Positions 39,424 through 49,451 of a DNA stretch of 64,000 bases are shown here, one piece after another. A program made the position numbers and the translations under genes. Numbering within the stretch: the first letter of the stretch is position 1; every line of letters begins with the position of its first letter. The notes under the pieces are model-generated. The model made no database searches. It had not been told where the DNA came from and saw only the letters and a program-made list of their open reading frames with translations. Origin of the DNA: Lingula anatina (lineage: Eukaryota > Animalia > Brachiopoda); assembly GCA_051362555.1 (NCBI GenBank), contig CM120642.1, forward strand, positions 4,836,001-4,900,000. The letters run 5' to 3'.

Positions 39424-40839
39424 CAGTCAGTGATACAGCATTCCAAATTTCCTGTGCCCTAGAGAACTGATGAATAAAATTATAAAGAAGAGGAGTAATA
39501 CATTGTGCTAGTTTGGTGTAAGTGTGTAAATTAGTAAATAATTTTGTTGTCAAATACAATTTAGTTCCAATTTTTGCTGTTTTTGGCTGAGATCGAACTT
39601 CGACTTTCGTTTTGAACAAGTGGATTTTATTTGATAAAAGAAAAAAAAAACATGGCAATACCACCCCCCCCCCTTGATTGCTTAAAGCTAGGGGCAATTG
39701 ACGATTTAAAATAGCTTTCATTTTATGGATGTTGAAAACGCATTATAATTAAAATGTCAGTACATGTACACAATGAAAATGCTAAAAATGCTGGATTTTT
39801 AAGGGTTTTTATTTCTGTATAAATGAATAACGCTAATCTCTGCCACGTTGTCTCCGAAGCCTATTACATGTGTATCAGTCAATCTGCATAATAATTACTT
39901 TCGTTTGATAACCGAATGGGACAATTTATTTCAATACAGAAATGTTTCAATCGGTGAAATTTTGATAGCGAAGTTGATGCAATTAATTTTAATTTATTCT
40001 TCTTCAACCCCTACCCCCTTCCCCCATAACAGCCTAGACGTCACGAGACTGTACACATTTCTTTTGTGGAAAGACTCATATGGTCATTAATAACCTCTGG
40101 CGGATCTGTCATAGGGCGTCTCCCTGTCCCCCCCTCCCCCCCCCCCCCCCCCCCAACCCCCGGCTCTCGTAAATCATCATTGTGTGGGGAGACAATGCGA
40201 GCAAAGCGAGGTTTATGACTGGTTTTTAACCTTGATTACGCATAGAACTACCGTGGTATTTGATGGTGGGAGTTTTTCAACACTTTACCCAGAAGATGCA
40301 TCGGGTATAATTTTCTGAATCAAGATGTCAAGATCGTTGTTTCACTTATTAAAAGCATTACAATTTTACGAAAAAATGGATGCACCTAAAGATTTATTGT
40401 GACAAATACTAATTTTCCTCTGAAACAGTATTTTAATTAAAATTAGGTTCTCCGGACTAAGTAATACAGTATTAACTACCTATATTTTTAATCCATCATG
40501 AGCTTCATGCCTGATCTCAAAAATTACAAAATGATAAATCACACACACATACACACACACACACACACACATTACTGATAACAAACACCTTTCTAACTAC
40601 ATGTTACTACTTAATACTACGTGTACGTGGTTCAAGGTATCTGCAATAACGTATCGGGGCATTCATAGATTACTATCATAATTGTATATTATTTGGGTTT
40701 AAACGCATAAAGATAGCAGAGACAGGATGGAGGCGTGAATCTTAATGGGAAATATCAAAGACAGCGAGAGCGTGAACGTTTGAGATGATCCCTTACGGCA
40801 GTCATTGGTAGCCGCCGTTCAAAGTGAAAGAAGAACGCC

Positions 40840-41622
40840 ATGACTGGTGCTAACTTCTGTTGCTTTCTCGCCGGCCGATTGAAGAGAATATCACGCGTAT
40901 TCTCCAGAGGAATACTAGTATGTGCATTTCTTTCTGTTGTCACAATTTTTTTAGCAGGATTAAACATTCTCAGTCAAAAAAGCAGTAAATTCACAGGAAA
41001 TAATATCAATCGCCTTAGAAATGAAGAACGCTATATTTACAAACCAGTCAGCGACGTACTTGCCTTAAAAGGACGCGTTGCTATAACACCAATGACGGAA
41101 AGAGACAACAAAAACTCATTTGCCATGAAATTCACGAATATCAGCGACACCTTAACTGATCCCATAGCGTTGGCTGTAACAACATCGAGGCAACAATTCA
41201 TGTTAATTGATAAAATAGTGGAAGATTTACGACAAATGTTACCGCTTCGAACTGAATCCATTCAAAAGAAGAAAGTTACATTTAACCCAAAGACGAAGGT
41301 ATACGAGATGGATGGAAAACCATTTATTTGGATATTTTGGGAGGGTCAGTCCAGACCTGCTTACGTGGACCTTTGTATTCTGTCCACAGTTTGTCATAAT
41401 TATAACACTGTTAATGTGAGGGTATTGAACGTCAGTGAATTTACGAAACCTGTCCCCGTCGTGCACCCTGGTTTTCAAGGTTTGAGTATACCACACAAAG
41501 CTGACTATTTCCGCGTTGCAATGCTTAATGAATACGGTGGTGTATTTGACTCGGATACCATCAGCATTAAAAGCAGGGGAAGATTGTTTAGACACGCTTC
41601 GACACCTTTGTTTGACAAGTAG
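40840..41622 (+). pseudogene. Truncated copy of the DxD glycosyltransferase
   Basis: Near-identical to the first ~255 aa of 55604-56842, with a 3-nt deletion in GGVYFDSD; homology ends near 41605. Confidence 0.85.
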
Positions 41623-41840
41623 ATTTTACTTAATAAAAGAAAAAAATCATGGCAAATATGACGAATTTCATTTGTAAATGTTTATGTCGTGTTTGTATCA
41701 AAGAAATACATTTCACTATGACATTAAGTGCATTTCAATGCTGACGATATGCCATTCGTTTTAAATGAAAGCATTCACAGCCAAGATTTTCCAGTCAAAA
41801 ACCCATATTTAAAGAAATTTTCCTGTGGTAAGCCTATGTA

Positions 41841-42412
41841 GGGGAGACCGGGGCTAGTTGGACACCGGGGCAAGTTGCCCCCCCCCCCCCCCCCCCCCCC
41901 ATTCAATTTATGAAAAAGTAACTACCAGGTTAAAAAAAAAAAGGCCACATACTCTTGTTAAATGACCGTAGCCAACAATACTAAGGATGTGTCGGAATTA
42001 AAAAGTTTTACGTAAGCGGTGAGTCAAAATAAACGATTTTTGCACGTATTCAGAGATTTAAGCCATGTCAAAGGTAGGTCTCGAATCCATGGGTTCATGA
42101 ATTCTTACCTTGTAGTCTTGCACGCTAACCACTACACAGACGAGCTGAAGTTGCAAAGTACTCATTATTTGTCTCATATATGGCTCACCAGAAGGATTTC
42201 ATATACATTTATAGTTTTATCATTTAACAGTATTATTGGCTAAGGATAGGACTTTCAAATGGCCGGACTTTTATTACTGTCATAGGTGTAACAGGAATAA
42301 AAGTCCGACAGTAATACAAGTCCAACCTACTATAATTATGGGCCAGGAACCTATGTCCCTGCAGGACTACTATTCCCTGGGGGACTTGGATTACTGTTAC
42401 ACCGGTCTCCCC
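41841..42412. mobile_element. TA-flanked non-autonomous DNA transposon (Tc1/pogo-like MITE)
   Basis: TIR GGGGAGACCGG / CCGGTCTCCCC with TA on both sides; internal part also present at ~35560-35952. Confidence 0.65.
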
Positions 42413-43784
42413 TAATCGTGTATTGATGGGAAAAATCTCTATAACACAGGTTGTATGTGGTTGTATGTGGTGGTGCATTGAAATTCTGTATGCGGAAATA
42501 ATGCTTGAGGGTTCCTCGACCGAGTGGTGCCAGATGGTGTTACATGAAGTCTCCATATCTAATGTTATTCCATTTTCTTCTAGAGAAATCAATTGTTAAG
42601 ACCATTCTGACAGTTGGGGCAAAATTAAGGCAAGGCCCAAAATATCACCACCAAAAAAGTTTTAATGTTGCTGCGCACGTTGTCAGTTATTGTATCGATC
42701 ACGTGTCACAGTCTTGGATTCTTTTTATTTTCTCGAGGATGAAAGGATGACAACAGAACTCTTCATTTTGGCAGAAAAAGTGCCGTAAAACGGATTTTTC
42801 CTAGCTGTTGTAATCGACAATTTTCCCGTACTTTCCAATGGTTAATGAATTCGATCCGACATTCAGAGTGAATCGATTTATTAAGCATGTTTTTTTTTTA
42901 AATAATCCCTTGAAAGGTTAACATGGGGGCAGCCATCTATGGGGATCACGCGGCTGATGGCAAGCACAGATATCAGAATAATTGCCGATTTGGTGGTAAA
43001 TTGGAATTAATTATTTTTCTAGGGGTTGTTAACAATGTATTTATTGTGGAATTTTGAATGTCATAGGAAGCGTTGTTATCCCTTTAAGATAACAAACCCA
43101 TTAAAATCTATACTCCGGAAAAGACTCTTAACAGGTATCACCAATATTTTTTAAAAACAATATCCAAATCTGTTGAAAAAATAGTGTTTCGTTTCTTATT
43201 TAAGGAGTGAAATTTAGCAGGTATCAAACTCGGAAACCACTCAAAACCCGGTGTACAGAAGGTAAATTTTGTTAGCGGTTTTGTTACGGATATACTTACG
43301 CACACTGTGCTTCGTTAAACATTCACAAATCTATAGTAAATTTCTGCACCGCTCATAGTCAGTAGCTCCCTCCGCCACAGGTCTCACGACTGCACGGCAC
43401 CTGTGCCTGGTCCTGAAAAAAAAACTGCCAGTAGTTTACACCCTAGACTGCTAGTTAACACCAAAATTAACCCTAGCAACACACAAGAAATGCCAGGAAA
43501 AATGGAAAAAAGCACTAATTTTCTCTCACTGAACTACATGTATATGCATTATTGTTGAGAATTATTGTATGCATTATCGTAGCTGGCGACAATTTGTGCA
43601 GGGCGACAAATTGTGCCGACAATGCCTACACAGTTTGCCACCACCTAAGACGACAATTTGTGCCGGCGACAATTTGTACCGACATTCCCTGCACAAATTG
43701 TCGCCGGCGAAAATTTGTGCATTATCACCTACAAGTATTTCTTAGAACACATTCATAAAGCATAAGATACAGAAACGTTCTTAC

Positions 43785-44165
43785 CAATACGGTGTCCACG
43801 CCACAGCTTACTGACGATCCACATTCCTCCATGGGCCTCCTCCTCGTTTATGTTAAACACCATCATCACACCTGGAAACACACAACCGTCCACTCCGCAT
43901 TTTAAATAATTTGATTTGTTCATTTTTATATTCCTGTAATATAACAATCTTATGCGTAGTTGTAACAACATAAAGGTAGAAAACAATGTAAATTAAGTTT
44001 ACCTACAACTTTCCCTTGCATCTCAGCAATGAACCATCCTTCCGGGCTGGATTCAAAGAGAGCCCTTACAACCTCTTGGCTGTAATCCCACGACACCATC
44101 TCTGTCAAGAGAGTTACTTCAACCACGTCTTCAGGCCGCATATGTCTTATGGTGGCTGTTGCCAT
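43785..44165 (-). pseudogene. GNAT copy K: intact exons 1-2 with no adjacent exon 3 (orphan cassette)
   Basis: Exon 1 at 44165-44003 is open with ATG and GT donor; exon 2 at 43871-43785 is open (WRGHRIG) with AG/GT sites. Confidence 0.75.
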
Positions 44166-44438
44166 GGTGGGGTTTTTCTTACCAGTAGTATGTTAAGGTA
44201 CGTACTGTAGCGCAACTATAGGTAAGCAGTCGTTGACAGTTATAGGTCGTCATGATTTAAATTATTGCAAATGTAATGGTACATGAGTGAAGCAATTATC
44301 ATACATAATGTGATCGTCACTGACGCAATTCAGAGGTTAACTTTTGCAGAAAGGTGCCTTTGGAATGCTTTGGAATGCATTAAATGATAGTGATTTTATT
44401 CAGTACTAAGACAACTACCGACTGCCTACAGTCCCGCT

Positions 44439-46221
44439 ATGTACCACTGCATAAAGACGCTGGTGAGAAATGTGACGACAGCCACGATAAGACATATGCG
44501 GCCTGCAGACTTGGCTGAAGTAACTAGTTTGACAGAGAAGGAGTCCTGGAATCTCAGCCAAGAGGTTGTTAGGACTCTCTATGAATACTGCCCAGAAGGA
44601 TCGTTTATTGCTGAATTGCAGGGGAAAGTTGTAGGTAAATTAAAATTTTAATTTTTTTCTCTAACGACAACCAATACACTACCCAGCAAACACGTCAGGT
44701 TCGGATTAATTGGCTAGCACGTTACTACCACATTATAACGTCCTAGCGACGGATAAACCACGTGGTACCAACGTGACGTGTTTGATGGGTATTTTTCTGA
44801 AAGGTTTGGTGTAATTACTGTTTTGTCGTGCATTTCCTGTTTTTTTAACAATGCGTGAAAAGTAAAATTGTACAAAGCATATAAAATTTAATGTGGTCTG
44901 GTTTGCAGGTGCTATAATGGGATTTAACATGAATGAAGAGGAATCATTTGGAGGAATGTGGGTAGTCAGTAAGCAGCATCGTGGACAGCGTATTGGTAAG
45001 ATAGTTAACTCTGACTTGAGTCGCCTTTGCTAACAGAGAACACGTTTGTCATGTCTGCTCTTTACCAACCCGAGTTTCAGAAGACTCTGGGAATTCACCT
45101 TTCTACTACATGTATCACCTTTGTCATAATGATTGCTCACATAAATTGGTTTATTTTATGACCCAGGGCCCGGTTGTACCAACGCTTCGTAAATTTGTTC
45201 CGCTACGGTTGTAGTAGACTGCAACGCCTGGCGTCCGTGCGCCAGGGTCTGCTCTCCCTGTTTACTCCTGTTGAACTAAGACAACATTTACTACGCTCAA
45301 GTAACGATTCGTTATATATATTGCTCCAAACACTTTGTTACTCCATTTGTATGCAAACTGACAATGTTTGAGCAAATCTTGATAATAAACAGTAAACACC
45401 ATTTTATGCGCACAGTATGTATAGTCTACGGTTAAAGTCTTGAGGTTGCTCAGTATCAGTACTGTGTAAAGCCCCCACTGTTTATTGTCAAGACTTGCTC
45501 ACACTTTGTCACTCCATTTCGCAAAATATAATGATGAATTTACTGTGGCGCTAATGATACAGACGTCGTCAATTTTGATTTAATAGGCACAATGTTGTTG
45601 CAGAGGATAAAAGAGCACATTGGAGATAGGAATATCGGCATATTCTCCGACGCAGAGAGCGTGGAAGCCCACAAAAGATTTGGTTTTACGGTGGAGTCAT
45701 GGAAAATATGCCATGTATCCGGCATCATCGCAACTGAAAAGATCAAATTAGCAGAAGATTGCATGGTGCATGTATGTGCGTTTCCCTCTCGTCACGTGCA
45801 ATTTGATGACCTGTTTCAATATGACACCAAAATACACTCAGTGGAACGGGAAAGATTCCTAAGAGTTTGGACTCAGGGAAAATCGACCATAACCTTGGTT
45901 GCTATTGGCAGGACTGGAGAAATCGTCGGTTACGGCGTCATTAAGCGCGATTCCAATGACACCGTAGTTGGACCAATTTACGGTGAAACTCCTTCCGTCA
46001 TGAAAACCTTACTTGTCAGTTTAATCAGCAAGACTACTTTTGGTGAAAATATCAACATGTCGGTACCAGTTGAGAGTGAGATTTTGCAAGAATTACTGGT
46101 TGAGAATAAAAGCACGCTCAAAGTTCTTTCGGAGGAGACCCGGATGTTTTTCCACCATGAAGTAAAGGCTCCTCTGGAAAAAATTTTCGCGATTGCATCA
46201 TCAGAAGCTGGCCATTGTTGA
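44439..46221 (+). CDS. GNAT acetyltransferase copy L (ancestral ATG changed to GTG at 44472; in-frame ATG at 44439 available)
   Basis: Exons 44439/44472-44634, 44909-44995 and 45587-46221, all open; recent duplicate of copy J. Confidence 0.78.
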
Positions 46222-47312
46222 CAGTCAGTGATACAGCATTCCAAATTCCCCGTGCCCTACAGAACTGATGAACAAAATTATAAAGTTTGGTTAGAAAGTG
46301 GGTAAATTTGTGAACAATTTTGTCATGTTGTCAAATACAACTTAGTTTCATTTTTTGCTGTTCTTAGCTGAGATCGAACTTTCGTTTTGAACAAGTGGAT
46401 TTTATTTGATAAAAGAAAAAAATGATGGCAACATCCCCCCCCCCCCCCGATTGCTTAAACCCAGGGGCAATTGGTGATTTAAAATAGATTTCATTTTATG
46501 GATGTTGAAAACGCATGATTATTAAAATTTCAGTACACAATGAAAATACTAATAAATGCTGGATTTTTAAGTGTTTTTATTTCTTTTTAAATGACTAACG
46601 CTAATCTCTGCCACGTTGTCTTCAACATTTCTCCTGTCCGAAGCCTATTACATGTGTATCAGTCAATCTGCATAATAATTACTTTCGTTTGATAACCGAA
46701 TGGGACAATTTATTTCAATACAGAAATGTTTCAATCGGTGAAATTTTGATAGCGAAGTTGTTGCAACTGATTTTAATTTATTCTTCTTCAACCCCTACCC
46801 CCTTCCCCCATAACAGCCTAGACGTCACGAGACTGTACACATTTCTTTTGTGGGAAGACTCATATGGTCATTAATAACCTCTGGCGGATCTGTCATAGGG
46901 CGTCTCCCTGCCCCCCCCCCCCCCCCAATCCCCGGCTCTCGTAAATCATCATTGTGTGGGGAGACAATGCGAGCAAAGCGAGGTTTATGATTGGTTTTTA
47001 ACCTTGATTACGCATAGAACTACCGTGGTATTTGATGGTGGGAGTTTTTCAAAACTTTACCCAGAAGATGCATCGGGTATAATTTTCTGAATCAAGATGT
47101 CAAGATCGTTGTTTCACTTATTAAAAGCATTACAATTTTACGAAAAAATGGATGCACCTAAAGATTTATTGTGACAAATACTAATTTTCCTCTGAAACAG
47201 TATTTTAATTAAAATTAGGGTCTCTCCGGACTAAGTAATACAGTATTAACTACCTATATTTTTAATCCATCATGAGCTTCATGCCTGATCTCAAAACTTA
47301 CAAAATGATAAA

Positions 47313-47344
<32 letters not shown>

Positions 47345-47379
47345 TACTGATAACAAACACCTTTCTAACTACATGTTAC

Positions 47380-47845
47380 TGTTGTAAAGCAAATGACATA
47401 CACTTTCGGCAATTACAAAACAATTAAAACAGAATCAAATGTGTAGAAAGTTATCGAGTACAAAGTAAATTTCTTAAAGTGTCAACGAGTGTAGAGACTG
47501 TTCTCGAAGATGGAAAGGGTGGAACGTTTCAGAGTCCGAAATAGTTGGATCCGATTGGTTAATTTTTCTATCGATTTGCGCGTGTTTAACACGTGTAGAA
47601 CTCATGTATACTTGAATTGGACAGGATCCAAAATGAGTAATTCGGAAAATATTTTAAATATTTTAAATCATAAACAAGTTTCATTTAAATTACTAAATTA
47701 GGAAATATTGAATAGAGTTTTGTAATATGAGAATGGGAAATATGAGAATGGAAAATAGAATATAAATACTTGTAGATTCTGTGAAAAATTGAGTGTGGGG
47801 AATAAATATCTGAAGCTCCAGATCGTCGTTGTTGTCACTATAATA
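47380..47845 (+). repeat. 5' LTR
   Basis: Starts TGTTG and ends TATAATA; TATAAATA at ~47761, AATAAA at 47801; one visible difference from the 3' LTR (47723 T versus 55243 C). Confidence 0.95.
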
Positions 47846-47847
47846 AG

Positions 47848-47855
47848 TGGTGGAG
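47848..47855 (+). promoter_or_regulatory. Primer-binding site (TGGTGGAG), compatible with the tRNA-Ala 3' end
   Basis: TGG starts 2 nt after the LTR; only 8 nt of complementarity recognised, so the tRNA identity is tentative. Confidence 0.55.
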
Positions 47856-47879
47856 GAAAAGGCGGTCCCGGCTCTACTG

Positions 47880-49451
47880 ATGCAAGCTGATCGACCAGAG
47901 ACTTGGAGTCCTCCGGCAGCGAACACGAGAATTGCGGTACAGAAAAAACTGTTGGTCTCAGAAATTGAAGGTACGTGTAAGACGCCGCAAAAACCTGAGA
48001 AAATACCAACTTTGTTCACGGGCACGCCGTGTTTTACTTGTACGTTCGCGCCAAAAACTATTGAAACTAAATCAGAAGGCGAAAGTAAACAAAAAACTGA
48101 CATTTCGTTGTCTAGCAGTGAATCGTCCGACGAAGACGAAAATCTACTTGATATTAAATATAAAAAAACTGGTGTTCACAAATGCAGTCTGATAAATCAA
48201 GTTATTCAACAACAGTCACCGTCAGTTTTTCTCAAAGAAGCGACACCGTTGCGAACATTTGCATCAGCCAAACTTACAACAGATTCGAGGGTAACGGACG
48301 ACAGTCGATCTCAAATCGCCCAGAATCCCCTATCGTCATCAGTGACGACGACGACGACGACGACGACACAAGCCGTGCTAGCTCCCCAATCGTCATCGAC
48401 CTCACTGAGGACGACACCGAATACATTAAGGCAAGATCCCCAGAAAGCATCGTGGGTAGCGACGAACAGTGTACTAACAGTCCAAAAAACTAATAAAAAA
48501 ACTAACATGGCCTCAGATTTAGGGTTAGCCCCTGAAAAATTCAAGGGTACCAGAGATGAAGACGTAGAAAGATGGTTAACCCATTTTAAGAACTATGTTA
48601 GTTATAAAGAACTGACCGAAGAACAAATAACGTCAATATTCCCTCTATTGCTTAAGCAATCGGCCATAGACTGGTATGAGTCGTTACCAGCGACAGTGAA
48701 AAAGAACTGGGAATTGCTCGTCCGCGAATTCCGTGCTCGATACCAACTACGAGACGGAGAAACGTGGGCGAGAGCCTCAGAATTTTTCAAAAGGCAACAG
48801 CTGCCAGAGGAACCGGTGCAGAACTATATTGCGGCAATGAGGCACGACGCAAAGCTTGCACGGCTGGATGAGGGAACGGCTCTTACGATGATCATGAATG
48901 GCTTGCTCCCCGAGATCCGCCCCTTTGTAGTACAGAGGGAACCCTCGGATTTTGAGTCTCTGATGCACCATGCGCGTATCGCGGAAAATGCGGTGCAGCC
49001 GACCAAAAGGAACGAACGGACTGACATAAAGCTCATAACAGAAAAAATAGACGCGTTGCAAACCGCCATCAGTGATGTCGTACGTACCAACGCACGTACG
49101 TCCGAGTCGGCGATCCATATGGTACAGAACCCGAGGCCGACTAGCGATGAGAGAGACTTGGCACCTCCAAGAGCGAGCCCTTTTGTGCCTCCCAGAAGGT
49201 TCTCGACCAACGTCAACGGCCCAAGACGTATGCTCCAGCGCAACACTTATCAGCGTCGCCCAGATTACAAATCACCATCAGCTGGACGTCCTCAACAGAG
49301 AAAACCGATGAACAAATGGCCAAGATGTCAAGGATGTGGTGAGTACACACATCTCAGACAAAATTGTTTCGCTCGCAGTCTTAGTTGTTATTTTTGTGGT
49401 AAGATTGGGCACGTAGCGAAAGTCTGTCAAGCTGCACGTGTGAATAGATGA
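47880..49451 (+). CDS. gag: Gag with long Ser/Thr-rich N-terminal extension and two CCHC zinc knuckles
   Basis: First ATG at 47880; typical core from ATG 48507 (MASDLGLAPEKFKG...WL..F, A.DWYESL, QLPEEPVQNY); knuckles CQGCGEYTHLRQNC and CYFCGKIGHVAKVC. Confidence 0.92.
   Translation: MQADRPETWSPPAANTRIAVQKKLLVSEIEGTCKTPQKPEKIPTLFTGTPCFTCTFAPKTIETKSEGESKQKTDISLSSSESSDEDENLLDIKYKKTGVHKCSLINQVIQQQSPSVFLKEATPLRTFASAKLTTDSRVTDDSRSQIAQNPLSSSVTTTTTTTTQAVLAPQSSSTSLRTTPNTLRQDPQKASWVATNSVLTVQKTNKKTNMASDLGLAPEKFKGTRDEDVERWLTHFKNYVSYKELTEEQITSIFPLLLKQSAIDWYESLPATVKKNWELLVREFRARYQLRDGETWARASEFFKRQQLPEEPVQNYIAAMRHDAKLARLDEGTALTMIMNGLLPEIRPFVVQREPSDFESLMHHARIAENAVQPTKRNERTDIKLITEKIDALQTAISDVVRTNARTSESAIHMVQNPRPTSDERDLAPPRASPFVPPRRFSTNVNGPRRMLQRNTYQRRPDYKSPSAGRPQQRKPMNKWPRCQGCGEYTHLRQNCFARSLSCYFCGKIGHVAKVCQAARVNR

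Noticed and set aside
47510-47701. 63-aa ORF repeated at 55030-55221
   Set aside because: It is identical only because it lies in the LTRs, and it has no recognisable protein features.
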